Origin: Lachnospiraceae bacterium
GTDB lineage: Bacteria; Bacillota; Clostridia; Lachnospirales; Lachnospiraceae
NCBI GenBank assembly: GCA_045595385.1
Contig: JAZOAJ010000245.1
Span: forward strand, 1 to 30,018
Length of the DNA stretch: 30,018 bases
Direction: 5' to 3'
A model generated the notes under the pieces. The model was not told where the DNA came from. It made no database searches and saw only the letters and a list, made by a program, of their open reading frames with translations. Position numbers and translations under genes: made by a program. The first letter of the stretch is position 1; the number at the start of each line of letters is the position of its first letter. Positions 17,323 to 28,670 of the stretch are shown here, one piece after another.

Positions 17323-18072
17323 TCAGTCAGCGACGAGGCATTTCATGTCATAGAGGCCCGGTCCCTTATCCTGAAGGAAAGCCGCTGCTGACAGCGCGCC
17401 TTCCGCAAACAGGGCTCTGCTGTGTGCTTCGTGCTTAAGTGTGATCGTCTGGTTTGCAGTGCCTATCATGACCTCATGCATGCCGACTATGTTTCCCATC
17501 CTTATGCTCTGGATGCCTATCTCGTTCGGAAGACGTTTTCCGTGTCCTGTCCTTCCCGTAGTGATCTCGGCATCTGTCCTTACGCTCTTTATCTCTTCAG
17601 CAAGGGTAAGGGCTGTTCCGCTCGGTGCGTCGATCTTGCGGTTATGATGTGCTTCGATGATCTCGATCTCCGCATCAGGCATTGCAGCAGCAGCTTTTTT
17701 AGCCAGTTCAACGAGCAGCGCTACTCCCAGTGAGTAGTTGGACGCAAAGAATACCGGTATGGTCTTCGCTGCGTCAGATATCATCTGTTTTTCCTCATCC
17801 GTCTGGCCTGTGGTAGCTATTATCAGAGGGATCTTATGCGATACCGCAAATGCTGTCAGTTCGGCTGTTGCGGCATGATGGGAAAAGTCTATGATGCAGT
17901 CAGCATCTGCCTGGACATCTGCAAATGACGTAACAACAGGAACGTCAAAGCCGTCATCTGCCGCATTCACGTCAACTCCGCCTGCAAGGACTGCGCCCCT
18001 CATTCCGGCTCTCACGAGTTTTTCAACTTCGCGGCCCATGGCGCCAAGTATTCCGCTTATTAAAACTCTCAT
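17323..18072 (-). CDS. dapB: 4-hydroxy-tetrahydrodipicolinate reductase
   Basis: G..GAMG, IDFS, ATTG, SNYSLG, IEAHHNRKIDAPSGTA, FAEGA. Start placed at 18072 behind SD GGAGGGG. Confidence 0.96.
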   Translation of the reverse strand: MRVLISGILGAMGREVEKLVRAGMRGAVLAGGVDVNAADDGFDVPVVTSFADVQADADCIIDFSHHAATAELTAFAVSHKIPLIIATTGQTDEEKQMISDAAKTIPVFFASNYSLGVALLVELAKKAAAAMPDAEIEIIEAHHNRKIDAPSGTALTLAEEIKSVRTDAEITTGRTGHGKRLPNEIGIQSIRMGNIVGMHEVMIGTANQTITLKHEAHSRALFAEGALSAAAFLQDKGPGLYDMKCLVAD

Positions 18073-18086
18073 TTTCCCCTCCGGCA

Positions 18087-18977
18087 TTATTTGATCAGGT
18101 TCCATTTGCGCATCTCGGCGAAGAGCTTCTCCTGATGTTCGGGCTCCATCTCTGTGAGCGGCAGACGCAGGAAGTTCTCACACCATCCCATTGCTGCCAT
18201 TGCTGCTTTAACAGGGATCGGATTGACTTCGCAGAACAGAGCCTTGATGATCGGCATGAAATCAGCCTGCATCTTAGCTGCTCCGGCAATGTCTCCGGCG
18301 AAGAACTTGTCGCAGAGTTCGACGGTCTGTTTCGGCATGATATTTGAAAGAACTGAGATTATCCCGAGTCCGCCCATTGACATGATCGGAACTATCTGGT
18401 CATCATTTCCGGAATAGATATCCAGTTTGTCGCCGACAAGTGATACTGTCTCAACGATCTTTGAGATATTGCTGTTGGCTTCCTTGATGGCACGGATGTT
18501 GCCATGGTCTGCAAGCTTTGCGTATGTGGCAGGTTCAATGCTAACGCCTGTTCTTGAAGGGACGTTGTAAACAACAACCGGTATGGTGATGGCGTCAGCT
18601 ATGGAGCTGTACATTTTTACGAGTCCGTTCTGGGTTGCCTTGTTGTAGTAAGGTGTTACCACGAGGACTCCGTCAGCACCTGCTGAGCAGGCGAATCTTG
18701 AAAGCTCAAGAGCATAGTCGGTCTCGTTTGATCCGGTTCCTGCTATGCACGGTACTCTTCCGTTTATGCATTCAACTGCATAGGCTATGACTTTCTTATG
18801 CTCGGCATCGGTAAGTGTTGAGCTCTCACCTGTGGTCCCGCAGATGACGAGGCCGTTGATACCTTCATCGATCTGCCAGTCGATAAGACGGCGGAGTTTG
18901 TCATAATCCACGCCTGTTGAATTTGTAGGTGTGATGAGTGCTGTTGCTGCTCCCTTGAAGATAGGATTGTCTGTCAT
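18087..18977 (-). CDS. dapA: 4-hydroxy-tetrahydrodipicolinate synthase
   Basis: GTTGESSTL, AGTGSN, PYYNK, YNVPSRTG, IKEA, YSGND, NPIPVK. Start placed at 18977 behind SD GGAGG. Confidence 0.97.
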   Translation of the reverse strand: MTDNPIFKGAATALITPTNSTGVDYDKLRRLIDWQIDEGINGLVICGTTGESSTLTDAEHKKVIAYAVECINGRVPCIAGTGSNETDYALELSRFACSAGADGVLVVTPYYNKATQNGLVKMYSSIADAITIPVVVYNVPSRTGVSIEPATYAKLADHGNIRAIKEANSNISKIVETVSLVGDKLDIYSGNDDQIVPIMSMGGLGIISVLSNIMPKQTVELCDKFFAGDIAGAAKMQADFMPIIKALFCEVNPIPVKAAMAAMGWCENFLRLPLTEMEPEHQEKLFAEMRKWNLIK

Positions 18978-19029
18978 TGTTTGTTTTCCTCCTGAAATCA
19001 GATTATTTTTCATCTATTGCAATCGGGAA

Positions 19030-19068
19030 AATAAAAACACAGCGTTTTGCATCTGCTAACGCTGTGTT
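19030..19068 (-). terminator. Terminator of the lysine riboswitch expression platform
   Basis: AACACAGCGTT-11 nt-AACGCTGTGTT hairpin followed by TTTATTTT on the minus strand, upstream of dapA. Confidence 0.85.
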
Positions 19069-19116
19069 CAATCGGACTAATGAGTATTATGACTGTGTCA
19101 TAAAATTCCAATCAAT

Positions 19117-19278
19117 ACATAGCTCTCCGCAAAATGCGACAGTCACGCGGATCTTATCCGCATGCCCAGGAAAAGCCTGCAATCTCTTTTCCTTCGGCGG
19201 CGGCCCCTTTCCTATCAGCAACGGCCCTGCCCGGCCTCTTGCACTGGTGCTACTAATGGCAACCGCATCCTCTATCCT
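19117..19278 (-). ncRNA. Lysine riboswitch (L-box)
   Basis: Minus strand reads ATAGAGGATGCGG...GAAAGGGG..CGCCGAAG...CTGGGCATGCGGATAAGATCCGCGTGACTGTC...GGAGAGCTAT, the L-box consensus blocks in order, directly upstream of dapA. Confidence 0.92.
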
Positions 19279-19340
19279 TTAATTGCAATATTTGATTTTG
19301 TATACTATACACCTATGTCAGGTGAACAATCAAGCCTTTT

Positions 19341-20024
19341 TTAAATGATCTTCTGCCATACGAGCACAATGAGTACGAGCGAAGCAAATACAACTATTGA
19401 AGCAATGATCACAGGGACCGTTATGTTCCGCCCCTTTGCAGCCCCTGAGCTGCTGCTCTGGGGTAAAAGCCTTGCCTTTCTCAGCGCTGTCACTATAGGC
19501 TTATAAAGAAGTACCGTAAGCGCTGCGTTCATGCCTCCCTTGATCAGGTTGAACGGCAGGAATACCGGTATCAGCAGCCCAACGACCACTTCCCTGGGAG
19601 TACCCATGTATAACGGGGTGATCAGCCAGTTCCAGAGTATCATGATCGCTGTCATGCACAGAACGCCCGTAATGAGGCCTATAAGGGCGCCGGAGAACTT
19701 TTTCCTTGTCTTGTAGATGACTGCCGCCGGAACCACAAATGCGCAGGTGGACAGCACGTTCATCAGGAATCCTATCCATGCGGTACTGCTTATGGTTATC
19801 ATCTCAATAAATGATACTATTACAGATACTATGACTGCCGGGAGCGGGCCGAACATGAAGCCGCATATGGCGATCACTACATCCTTGAAGTCAAAGCTCA
19901 AAAAGCCCATGACATTTACAGGTATGAGCTTTGACAATGCCATTACCGCATAGCTGATCGCGCAGAACATGCCGATCATTACTATCTCTCTTACACCGAA
20001 TCTCTGTTTTGTTGTTGTTTCCAT
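19341..20024 (-). CDS. ribU: ECF transporter S component, probably riboflavin-specific (RibU)
   Basis: Multi-TM protein with FLSFDFKDV...GFMFGP, N..ITPLYMG and PFNLIKG motifs, lying under an FMN riboswitch. Start at 20024 (SD AAAGGA). Confidence 0.85.
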   Translation of the reverse strand: METTTKQRFGVREIVMIGMFCAISYAVMALSKLIPVNVMGFLSFDFKDVVIAICGFMFGPLPAVIVSVIVSFIEMITISSTAWIGFLMNVLSTCAFVVPAAVIYKTRKKFSGALIGLITGVLCMTAIMILWNWLITPLYMGTPREVVVGLLIPVFLPFNLIKGGMNAALTVLLYKPIVTALRKARLLPQSSSSGAAKGRNITVPVIIASIVVFASLVLIVLVWQKII

Positions 20025-20081
20025 GATGTTCTTTCCTTTCAAATGTTTTATTTAATCTGTTTGGAAAGACATGCTTTAATG

Positions 20082-20108
20082 AAAAAAGCCCTGACGATAT
20101 GTCAGGGC
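20082..20108 (-). terminator. FMN riboswitch attenuator terminator
   Basis: GCCCTGAC-5 nt-GTCAGGGC hairpin followed by TTTTTT on the minus strand. Confidence 0.85.
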
Positions 20109-20131
20109 ATGCATTTAAAGAAAAGCCATTC

Positions 20132-20243
20132 TTGTCTCTCTCATCCGGACTATGACCGTCGGTTCAGGAATCTCACCTGATCAACCCCTTAGGGCTCGCA
20201 GACTTTACTGCCGGTGGGGAATCTCACCCCGCCCCGAAACAGA
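20132..20243 (-). ncRNA. FMN riboswitch (RFN element)
   Basis: Minus strand reads TTCGGGGCGGGGTGAGATTCCCCACCGGCAGTAAAGTCTGCGAGCC...GATCAGGTGAGATTCCTGAACCGACGGTCATAGTCCGGATGAGAGAGA. Confidence 0.96.
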
Positions 20244-20258
20244 TTATATATTGATGGT

Positions 20259-20287
20259 ATTGTACAACCGGTAAATGCATATGTAAA
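20259..20287 (-). promoter_or_regulatory. Sigma-A promoter of the FMN riboswitch-ribU unit
   Basis: TTTACA (20287-20282), 17 nt, TACAAT (20264-20259), just upstream of the aptamer. Confidence 0.65.
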
Positions 20288-20308
20288 GCAGATAATCCTT
20301 TTCCCATG

Positions 20309-20339
20309 AAAAAAGCTGCCGCGCAAAACGCGCGGCAGC
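20309..20339 (-). terminator. Intrinsic terminator after rpoC
   Basis: Perfect 10-bp stem GCTGCCGCGC/GCGCGGCAGC with a U6 tail on the minus strand. Confidence 0.9.
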
Positions 20340-20364
20340 GATCATAAGTTTTTGAGCAGCCTGA

Positions 20365-23300
20365 TCACTCTTCTGTTTCAGTTACTTCCTCTACAGCTTC
20401 AGTGATCTCATCACCTGCTTCTTCGGCGATCTCTTCGGTTTCAGTCTCTTCAGCTGCAATGGTTTCTTCCTCAACAGCTGCGAGGATGGCATTTTCCTCT
20501 TCTTTCTTCTTCGCGATCATCTCATCTGTGTTGAGTCTGACACCGCGGTAGAGTTTCATTCCTGTACCTGCAGGTATGAGCTTACCTATGATGACGTTCT
20601 CCTTAAGTCCGATGAGCGGATCGACCTTGCCGTTGATGGCAGCTTCGGTAAGAACCTTTGTGGTCTCCTGGAATGATGCTGCTGACATGAATGACTCGGT
20701 TGCAAGAGAAGCCTTTGTGATACCCATAACGATCCTCTTGCCGACAGCCGGCTCCTTGCCTTCCGCAATGAGTTTCTTGTTCACGCGCTCAAATTCGAAT
20801 ACGTTCTCAACGGTACCCGGAAGGAACTGTGAATCGCCTGCCTCTTCGATACGGATCTTTCTGAGCATCTGGCGGATAATGACCTCGATGTGCTTATCGT
20901 TGATCTCAACACCCTGCAGTCTGTAAGGGATCTGGACTTCCTTCATGATGTAATCCTGGCATGCATTTACATCAAGTATCCTGATGATGTCATGAGGATT
21001 GATATTTCCTTCGGTTATCCTCTCGCCGCGCTCAATATGGACTGTCTGGCCCTCGTCATTTGCGACCATGATCTTCTTGGCGATCTTTGATCCGTAAGGG
21101 ATGAGGTATGCTTTCTCCTTGCCTTCGCCGTCTACAACAACTACTTCTGTCTTGTTCTTTGACTCGCGTACTTCAGCCTCACCGTCAAATTCGGAGATTA
21201 TTGCAACACCCTTAGGCTTTCTTGCTTCGAAAAGCTCTTCTACACGGGGAAGACCCTGTGTGATGTCTCCGCCGGCAACACCACCGGTGTGGAATGTTCT
21301 CATTGTAAGCTGTGTACCGGGCTCACCGATGGACTGTGCAGCTATGATACCGACTGCCTCACCGATCTGAACAGGCTGTCCTGTAGCCATGTTCGCACCA
21401 TAGCATCTTGAGCAGATACCGTTCTCGCTCCTGCATGTAAGGATCGTACGGATCCTGACTCTCTCGATCCCTGCTGCAACGATCGCTTCAGCTCTTGAAG
21501 GAGTGATCATGCAGTTCTTTCTTACTATGACATTGCCGTTCTCATCAGCGATGTCCTCGGCAGCGTATCTGCCGACGATCCTCTCCTCAAGGCTCTCGAT
21601 GACTTCCTTGTCTTCATTGAAAGCATGTACTTCCATGTACGGGATCTCATCACTGTCACTGGTATCCATGCAGTCAACCTGGTTGATGATGAGCTCCTGG
21701 CTGACGTCAACAAGCCTACGGGTAAGGTATCCCGAGTCAGCTGTACGAAGAGCTGTATCGGACAGACCCTTACGTGCGCCGTGAGCTGAAATGAAGTATT
21801 CCAGAACGTCAAGACCTTCACGGAAGTTTGACTTGATCGGAAGTTCGATCGCTCGTCCTGTTGTATCCGCCATCAGACCACGCATGCCTGCGAGCTGCTT
21901 GATCTGCTGCTCGGAACCACGGGCACCGGAGTCAGCCATCATGTAAATGTTGTTGTATTTGTCAAGTGAAGACATAAGCTCTTCAGCTATCTTCTTATCG
22001 GCTGCGTCCCAGATATTGATGATCTGTCTGTAACGCTCATCCTCGGTTGCAAGACCCATACGGTATGCGCTCTGGATAGTCTCAACATCTTCCTCGGCCT
22101 GCTTGATGATCTCCTGCTTTTTCTCAGGAACTGTCATGTCTGAGATGGATACTGTAAACGCTGCTTTGGTCGAATATTTGTAACCCATGCTCTTAATGTT
22201 GTCAAGAACCTCTGACGTAACTGTAGCGCCGTGGATGTTGATGACTTTCTCAAGGATCTTCTTGAGGTCTTTCTTCTTAACAAGTTTGTCGACTTCCAGC
22301 TTGAGATAGTCTTCATCCTTCTCCCTCTTTACAAATCCGAGATCCTGAGGGATCACTTCGTTAAAGAGTACGCGTCCGAGTGAAGTATCGATAACACCCC
22401 TTACAGTCCTGCCGTCGGGGAGAGTTCTCTCCATACGGACCTTGATCTTGCTGTGAAGAGTGATGATGTTGCTGTCATAAGCAAATATTGCTTCGTTTAC
22501 ATCCTTGAAAGCCTTGCCTTCGCCGGGCTCGCCGTCTCTCTGCTGTGTCAGATAATAGATACCAAGTACCATGTCCTGTGAAGGAACGGCAACAGGTGCT
22601 CCGTCTGACGGCTTGAGCAGGTTGTTCGGTGACAGGAGCATGAACCTGCACTCAGCCTGGGCCTCTACGCTCAGAGGAAGGTGTGCAGCCATCTGGTCAC
22701 CGTCAAAGTCGGCATTGAATGCTGTACATACAAGAGGATGGAGCTTGATCGCACGTCCCTCGACCAGTACCGGCTCGAATGCCTGGATACCAAGTCTGTG
22801 AAGAGTAGGTGCACGGTTGAGCATTACAGGATGCTCCTTGATAACCTCCTCAAGTACGTCCCAGACCTCGGTCTGGAGTTTCTCAACCATCTTCTTGGCG
22901 GCTTTGATGTTGTTTGCCTTTTCATAATCGACCAGTTTCTTCATGACGAACGGTTTGAAGAGCTCAACGGCCATCTCTTTGGGAAGACCGCACTGGTAGA
23001 TCTTAAGTTCGGGACCGACAACTATAACTGAACGTCCTGAATAGTCAACACGCTTTCCGAGGAGGTTCTGTCTGAAACGTCCCTGCTTGCCTTTGAGCAT
23101 GTCTGAAAGAGATTTGAGGGATCTTCCTGCAGGTCCTGTTACCGGACGTCCGCGGCGGCCGTTGTCGATAAGGGCATCGACAGCCTCCTGGAGCATTCTC
23201 TTCTCGTTTCTGACGATTATCTCAGGCGCGCCCATTTCAAGAAGACGGGCAAGTCTGTTATTTCTGTTTATGATCCTTCTGTAAAGGTCATTAAGGTCGG

Positions 23301-24090
23301 ATGTGGCAAATCTGCCGCCATCCAGCTGAACCATCGGTCTGAGATCGGGCGGAATGACAGGGATGACCTTAAGGATCATCCATTCAGGCTTGTTTCCGCT
23401 GTTCCTGAAAGCTTCAACAACTTCCAGTCTCTTGACGATCTTTGCCCTCTTCTGTCCTGTGGAACCTGCAAGTCCTTCCCTGAGTTCAGCAGCGAGCTGA
23501 TCCAGGTCGATAGATGAAAGCAGTTCATCTATTGCCTCTGCACCCATTCCGACACGGAGAGTAGAGATCACGCCTTCATTTCTTTCCTTTGCCTCACCAT
23601 ATTCCTTCTCTGTGAGAACCTGCTTGTATTCAAGATCGGTCTCGCCGGGATCAAGGACTATGTAGCTTGCAAAATACAGGACTTTCTCAAGTGTCTTGGG
23701 TGACAGATCGAGGATCAGACCCATTCTTGAAGGTATGCCTTTAAAATACCAGATGTGTGATACGGGAGCGGCAAGCTCGATGCTTCCCATCCTCTCACGG
23801 CGGACTGAAGCCTTTGTAACTTCAACTCCGCATCTATCGCAGATGATGCCCTTATATCTGATCTTTTTATATTTGCCGCAGTGACATTCCCAGTCCTTGC
23901 TCGGTCCGAAGATCCTTTCGCAGAAAAGGCCGTCCTTTTCAGGCTTGAGGGTTCTGTAGTTAATCGTTTCCGGCTTTGTAACTTCACCGTATGACCATTC
24001 CCTGATAGTCTCGGGGCTTGCAAGTCCGATCCTGATCTTGTCAAATGTCATAGGCTCATAGTTTTCATTTACCACGCTGCGCTGTGCCAT
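20365..24090 (-). CDS. rpoC: RNA polymerase beta' subunit
   Basis: CECGK-type N-terminal Zn cysteines (CHCGK..CDRC), NADFDGD catalytic loop, [18 protein letters not shown]. The start could be 24096 or 24090. Confidence 0.99.
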   Translation of the reverse strand: MAQRSVVNENYEPMTFDKIRIGLASPETIREWSYGEVTKPETINYRTLKPEKDGLFCERIFGPSKDWECHCGKYKKIRYKGIICDRCGVEVTKASVRRERMGSIELAAPVSHIWYFKGIPSRMGLILDLSPKTLEKVLYFASYIVLDPGETDLEYKQVLTEKEYGEAKERNEGVISTLRVGMGAEAIDELLSSIDLDQLAAELREGLAGSTGQKRAKIVKRLEVVEAFRNSGNKPEWMILKVIPVIPPDLRPMVQLDGGRFATSDLNDLYRRIINRNNRLARLLEMGAPEIIVRNEKRMLQEAVDALIDNGRRGRPVTGPAGRSLKSLSDMLKGKQGRFRQNLLGKRVDYSGRSVIVVGPELKIYQCGLPKEMAVELFKPFVMKKLVDYEKANNIKAAKKMVEKLQTEVWDVLEEVIKEHPVMLNRAPTLHRLGIQAFEPVLVEGRAIKLHPLVCTAFNADFDGDQMAAHLPLSVEAQAECRFMLLSPNNLLKPSDGAPVAVPSQDMVLGIYYLTQQRDGEPGEGKAFKDVNEAIFAYDSNIITLHSKIKVRMERTLPDGRTVRGVIDTSLGRVLFNEVIPQDLGFVKREKDEDYLKLEVDKLVKKKDLKKILEKVINIHGATVTSEVLDNIKSMGYKYSTKAAFTVSISDMTVPEKKQEIIKQAEEDVETIQSAYRMGLATEDERYRQIINIWDAADKKIAEELMSSLDKYNNIYMMADSGARGSEQQIKQLAGMRGLMADTTGRAIELPIKSNFREGLDVLEYFISAHGARKGLSDTALRTADSGYLTRRLVDVSQELIINQVDCMDTSDSDEIPYMEVHAFNEDKEVIESLEERIVGRYAAEDIADENGNVIVRKNCMITPSRAEAIVAAGIERVRIRTILTCRSENGICSRCYGANMATGQPVQIGEAVGIIAAQSIGEPGTQLTMRTFHTGGVAGGDITQGLPRVEELFEARKPKGVAIISEFDGEAEVRESKNKTEVVVVDGEGKEKAYLIPYGSKIAKKIMVANDEGQTVHIERGERITEGNINPHDIIRILDVNACQDYIMKEVQIPYRLQGVEINDKHIEVIIRQMLRKIRIEEAGDSQFLPGTVENVFEFERVNKKLIAEGKEPAVGKRIVMGITKASLATESFMSAASFQETTKVLTEAAINGKVDPLIGLKENVIIGKLIPAGTGMKLYRGVRLNTDEMIAKKKEEENAILAAVEEETIAAEETETEEIAEEAGDEITEAVEEVTETEE

Positions 24091-24107
24091 AACCATTCTC
24101 CCTCCTT

Positions 24108-27100
24108 TTAAAACTCATCATCGAAATCGTCGGTGAACATCTTGTCTGATGTGTAATCATCATCAATATAATCATCGTCTTTTTCGTCATCTACATACTC
24201 AAGCTCGCCGCCCGCGAATTCCTGTACCGAGAATCCATGCGCAGCATAGTTCTCCTTCTCCCTCGGATGGCTGTTATGAGCAAGCATTGCATTAAAGTTA
24301 GTCTCGCCGTAGTCAACTGACTCAAGAAGTTTAACCTCCGTATTGTCCTCGCTCAGCACTCTGATGTCCAGAGCAAGTGACTGGAGTTCCTTGACGAGCA
24401 CCTTGAATGACTCGGGTGTTCCTGCCTCAGGAATGTTCTCGCCCTTGATGATAGCCTCGTAAGTCTTAACACGTCCTACGACATCATCAGACTTGACTGT
24501 GAGCACTTCCTGAAGTGTGTAGGAAGCGCCGTAGGCCTCAAGAGCCCAGACTTCCATCTCTCCGAATCTCTGTCCGCCGAACTGGGCTTTTCCTCCCAGA
24601 GGCTGCTGTGTGACCAGAGAGTAAGGACCTGTTGAACGTGCATGGATCTTGTCATCAACAAGATGATGCAGCTTCAGGTAATGCATGAATCCGATCGTTA
24701 CAGGAGAGTCGAAGAATTCTCCTGTACGGCCGTCTCTGAGCTGTACACGTCCGTCAGCATTGAAAGGAACGCCTTTCCACTCTGCCCTGTGATCAAGATG
24801 ATCTTCAAGATACTGCATGATGTCAGGGTTGAGCGTCTTCTTATATTTAGCTTTGAAATCATCCCATTCACCGTTGACGTAATCATTTGCCATGGCAAGA
24901 TTGTCGACGATGTCTTTCTCGTTTGCTCCTCCGAATACCGGTGTTGAGATGTTGAATCCCAGCGCAGTAGCCGCCAGAGACAGATGTGTCTCAAGTACCT
25001 GTCCGATATTCATACGTGAAGGAACGCCGAGCGGGTTAAGCACGATGTCGAGCGGACGTCCGTTAGGAAGATAAGGCATGTCTTCCACAGGAAGGACTCT
25101 CGATACAACACCCTTGTTTCCATGACGTCCTGCCATCTTGTCACCAACAGAGAGTTTTCTCTTCTGGGCGATGTATACGCGTACTGTCTGGTTAACGCCG
25201 GGGCTCAGCTCGTCGCCTTCTTCTCTTAAGAAGACCTTTGTGTCAACAACTATTCCGTATGCTCCGTGAGGGACTCTGAGTGAAGTATCCCTTACTTCCC
25301 TTGCCTTCTCACCGAAGATCGCACGAAGGAGCCTCTCTTCAGGAGTAAGCTCTGTCTCTCCCTTAGGTGTGACTTTTCCTACCAGGATGTCACCTGCACG
25401 GACCTCAGCGCCGATGCGGATGATACCGCGCTCGTCAAGATCCTTGAGGGCTTCGTCGCCGACGCCCGGTACGTCTCTGGTGATCTCTTCCGGTCCGAGC
25501 TTGGTGTCACGGGACTCGGTCTCATATCTCTCAATGTGGATCGATGTATATACATCATCCATGACGAGGCGCTCGCTGATAAGGACAGCATCCTCGTAGT
25601 TGTAGCCTTCCCAGGTCATGAATCCGATGAGCGGATTCTTGCCGAGAGCGAGCTCTCCGTTATTAGTAGAAGCGCCGTCAGCTATTACCTGTCCTGCTTC
25701 AACTCTCTCGCCTTTTTCAACTATCGGTCGCTGGTTGTAGCAGTTGCTCTGGTTAGACCTTGCGAATTTAGCGATCTTATATGTCTCATATATGCCGGCG
25801 TCATTTCTGATGCCGATCTCTGTAGCAGTTACTCTCTCAACAATACCGCCGGTCTTGGCAAGTACGCAGACGCCTGAGTCCTTTGCAGCCTTTTCTTCCA
25901 TTCCGGTACCGATGACAGGAGCCTCGGTTGTAAGGAGCGGAACTGCCTGACGCTGCATGTTGGATCCCATGAGGGCACGGTTCGCGTCGTCGTTCTCAAG
26001 GAACGGGATCATTCCTGTCGCTGCAGAGAATACCATCATAGGTGAAACGTCCATGAGATCGATCTCTGTCTTGTCGTACTCGGATGTGTCATCTTTGTAA
26101 CGGCCTGCAACCGTGTTCCTGATGAAATGTCCTTCTTCGTCAAGGAGTGAGTTTGCCTGCGCGACTTTGTAGTTATCTTCCACATCAGCTGTAATGTAAA
26201 CGACCTGGTCGGTAACGCGCGGGTTCTCAGGATCACTCTTGTCAACAACCCTGTAAGGAGCCTCGATAAATCCGTACTTGTTCACACGGGCATATGAAGC
26301 CAGTGAGTTGATAAGACCGATGTTGGGACCTTCAGGTGTCTCAACAGGACACATTCTTCCGTAATGAGTATAGTGAACGTCTCGGACCTCAAATCCTGCA
26401 CGGTCTCTTGACAGACCGCCGGGTCCAAGTGCTGAAAGACGTCTCTTATGTGTAAGCTCGCTGAGCGGGGTGCACTGGTCCATGAACTGTGACAGCTGTG
26501 AAGATCCGAAGAACTCACGGACAGCAGCGGTCACGGGTTTGATGTTGATCAGGGACTGGGGAGTGATGCTCTCAATGTCCTGTGTCTGCATTCTCTCATG
26601 GACAACTCTTTCCATCCTGGAAAGTCCGACTCTGTACTGATTCTGGAGAAGTTCTCCGACGCTTCTGATACGGCGGTTTCCGAGGTGGTCGATATCGTCG
26701 AAGTTTCCGAGGCCTGAATCAAGGTTCAGTCCGTATGAAATGCTCGCGAAAATGTCTTCCTTGGTTATGTGCTTAGGAACGAGTTCGTGAATGTTCTTTT
26801 TGATCGCTTCGATCCTGTCAGTTTTCTTGCTGTAGTCCTCAAGGATCGGTTTGAGCGCAGGCCAGTAGACCTCATCCTCGATGATGCCGAACTCCTTCTT
26901 TTCCTCATCCTTCAGTTTGATGAACTCATCAATATTTACCATAAGGTTGGAAAGGACCTTCACGCCCCTGCCTTCTTTTGCGATGAGTACATACGGAGCC
27001 GCACCGTTCTGGATCTTCTCGCAGAGTTCTGCGGTAACCTCAGTTCCTGCGGGAGCGATGAGTTCTCCTGATGTCTGGTCGATAACGTCCTCGGCAAGAG

Positions 27101-27977
27101 TCTCGCCGATGATCCTGTTGCTGTATGCAAGCTTCTTGTTGAATTTGTAACGGCCTACTCTTGCAAGATCATATCTCTTGCTGTCAAAGAACATTGATGT
27201 GATCAGGTTCTCGGCATTCTCAACCTGAAGAGGCTCGCCCGGACGGAGTTTCTTGTACAGTTCAAGAAGTCCTTCCTTATAATTCTTGGACGGATCCTTC
27301 TCAAAGCATGCTAGAAGCTTCGGCTCTTCGCCGAACATCTCGATTATCTCCTCATTGGTGCCTACTCCGAGTGCACGGATGAGTACTGTAACAGGAACTT
27401 TCCTTGCCTTGTCAGCGTGAACATAGTAGACATCGTTCGAATCTGTCTCATATTCAAACCATGCGCCCCTGTTCGGGATTACATTGCATGCGTACAGTTC
27501 TTTACCGAACTTATCATGGCTGAGAGTGAAGTAGATACCGGGTGATCTTACGAGCTGGGAAACGATTACACGCTCAGCTCCGTTGATCACGAAAGTACCT
27601 GTTTCAGTCATCAGGGGCAGGTCGCCCATGAAGATCTCATGCTCGCTTATCTCTCCGGTTTCCTTATTATTAAGACGTACGGTGACCTTAAGGGGAGTTG
27701 CGTATGTGGCGTCCCTCTCCTTACATTCATCAATAGTGTACTTAATGTCTTCGTAAGCAACCTTGTAATCGACAAATTCAAGGCTGAGATTTCCATCATA
27801 GTCTTCGATGGGGGAAATATCATTGAAGACCTCCCTGAGGCCGTCTGTGATAAACCAATCATACGAGGCTTTCTGGATTTCGATCAGATTCGGCATTTCC
27901 AGGACGTTTTCCTGCGTGGAAAAACTCATTCTGGTGTTCTTGCCGCTCTTCACAGGATGCATTCTGTTTATCTCCAT
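24108..27977 (-). CDS. rpoB: RNA polymerase beta subunit
   Basis: [40 protein letters not shown]. Start placed at the ATG at 27977 behind SD AAGGAG. Confidence 0.99.
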   Translation of the reverse strand: MEINRMHPVKSGKNTRMSFSTQENVLEMPNLIEIQKASYDWFITDGLREVFNDISPIEDYDGNLSLEFVDYKVAYEDIKYTIDECKERDATYATPLKVTVRLNNKETGEISEHEIFMGDLPLMTETGTFVINGAERVIVSQLVRSPGIYFTLSHDKFGKELYACNVIPNRGAWFEYETDSNDVYYVHADKARKVPVTVLIRALGVGTNEEIIEMFGEEPKLLACFEKDPSKNYKEGLLELYKKLRPGEPLQVENAENLITSMFFDSKRYDLARVGRYKFNKKLAYSNRIIGETLAEDVIDQTSGELIAPAGTEVTAELCEKIQNGAAPYVLIAKEGRGVKVLSNLMVNIDEFIKLKDEEKKEFGIIEDEVYWPALKPILEDYSKKTDRIEAIKKNIHELVPKHITKEDIFASISYGLNLDSGLGNFDDIDHLGNRRIRSVGELLQNQYRVGLSRMERVVHERMQTQDIESITPQSLINIKPVTAAVREFFGSSQLSQFMDQCTPLSELTHKRRLSALGPGGLSRDRAGFEVRDVHYTHYGRMCPVETPEGPNIGLINSLASYARVNKYGFIEAPYRVVDKSDPENPRVTDQVVYITADVEDNYKVAQANSLLDEEGHFIRNTVAGRYKDDTSEYDKTEIDLMDVSPMMVFSAATGMIPFLENDDANRALMGSNMQRQAVPLLTTEAPVIGTGMEEKAAKDSGVCVLAKTGGIVERVTATEIGIRNDAGIYETYKIAKFARSNQSNCYNQRPIVEKGERVEAGQVIADGASTNNGELALGKNPLIGFMTWEGYNYEDAVLISERLVMDDVYTSIHIERYETESRDTKLGPEEITRDVPGVGDEALKDLDERGIIRIGAEVRAGDILVGKVTPKGETELTPEERLLRAIFGEKAREVRDTSLRVPHGAYGIVVDTKVFLREEGDELSPGVNQTVRVYIAQKRKLSVGDKMAGRHGNKGVVSRVLPVEDMPYLPNGRPLDIVLNPLGVPSRMNIGQVLETHLSLAATALGFNISTPVFGGANEKDIVDNLAMANDYVNGEWDDFKAKYKKTLNPDIMQYLEDHLDHRAEWKGVPFNADGRVQLRDGRTGEFFDSPVTIGFMHYLKLHHLVDDKIHARSTGPYSLVTQQPLGGKAQFGGQRFGEMEVWALEAYGASYTLQEVLTVKSDDVVGRVKTYEAIIKGENIPEAGTPESFKVLVKELQSLALDIRVLSEDNTEVKLLESVDYGETNFNAMLAHNSHPREKENYAAHGFSVQEFAGGELEYVDDEKDDDYIDDDYTSDKMFTDDFDDEF

Positions 27978-28166
27978 TAAAGTCACTCCTTATGCTGTAT
28001 TTTATCTGCAGAAAAAACAACCGTCTCTCAGTTTATCCAAATGTTGCAGATTTCCGGTGACGGTTTTTTTCCTTTCAAATAATTATGGATTTTTGTGAAA
28101 AAACATGATAAACTATCCACGCAATTCGAAAGTTAGTGCATATTTTTCCACAGTAAAGCACATTAC

Positions 28167-28195
28167 ATTTTACAGAAATGTCAAGGTGGTGTCAA
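28167..28195 (-). promoter_or_regulatory. Sigma-A promoter of rpoBC
   Basis: TTGACA (28195-28190), 17 nt, TAAAAT (28172-28167), with an A-rich upstream tract. It lies downstream of the rplL terminator. Confidence 0.75.
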
Positions 28196-28244
28196 CCACT
28201 ATTTTTTTATTTTGGGAGTTTTTTTTCTTATCCCCAATAACAGC

Positions 28245-28279
28245 AAAAAGGCTGGTGCTTTATGCACCAGCCTTTTTTT
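28245..28279. terminator. Bidirectional-type terminator after rplL
   Basis: AAAAAGGCTGGTGC-tttat-GCACCAGCCTTTTT. Confidence 0.88.
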
Positions 28280-28295
28280 ACGGATTGATGTCTGA

Positions 28296-28670
28296 TTATT
28301 TGATAGTACCCTTAGCATCAACCTCAGCGAGCTGCTTAACAAGGTCTTCAGCCTCAGCCTTAGAGATACCTTCCTTGATTACCTTCGGAGCGCTGTCAAC
28401 GAGTTCCTTAGCTTCCTTAAGTCCAAGACCGGTGTTGTCACGGACGATCTTGATGACCTTAACTTTGTTAGGTCCGATCTCTGTAAGCTCTACATCGAAC
28501 TCAGTCTTCTCTTCCTCTACTGCTGCTGCCTCAGCCGGTCCTGCAACTACAACACCTGCTGCTGCTGATACTCCAAACTCTTCTTCGCAAGCCTTAACAA
28601 GCTCGTTAAGCTCTAATACTGACATTTCCTTGATCGCTGCGATCAGTTCTTCAGCTGTAATCTTAGCCAT
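28296..28670 (-). CDS. rplL: 50S ribosomal protein L7/L12
   Basis: [26 protein letters not shown]...EEKTEFDV...[11 protein letters not shown]. Start at 28670 behind SD GGAGG; the ORF-track N-terminal extension is probably not translated. Confidence 0.98.
   Translation of the reverse strand: MAKITAEELIAAIKEMSVLELNELVKACEEEFGVSAAAGVVVAGPAEAAAVEEEKTEFDVELTEIGPNKVKVIKIVRDNTGLGLKEAKELVDSAPKVIKEGISKAEAEDLVKQLAEVDAKGTIK

Noticed and set aside
14996-18977. Lysine operon lacks dapD/dapE/dapF, lysC and asd
   Set aside because: Ddh gives the known one-step dehydrogenase route, and lysC/asd are commonly located elsewhere.
19086-19102. TTATGAC-tgt-GTCATAA hairpin between the L-box aptamer and its terminator
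   Set aside because: Most simply part of the riboswitch expression platform.
22681-22720. Rpo[13 protein letters not shown] instead of the usual QMAVH
   Set aside because: A single conservative change outside the Asp triad; no basis for a functional claim.
24770-24910. Extra segment in RpoB ([40 protein letters not shown])
   Set aside because: As I recall, this is an insertion typical of Lachnospiraceae RpoB, so it is a taxonomic marker rather than a novelty.
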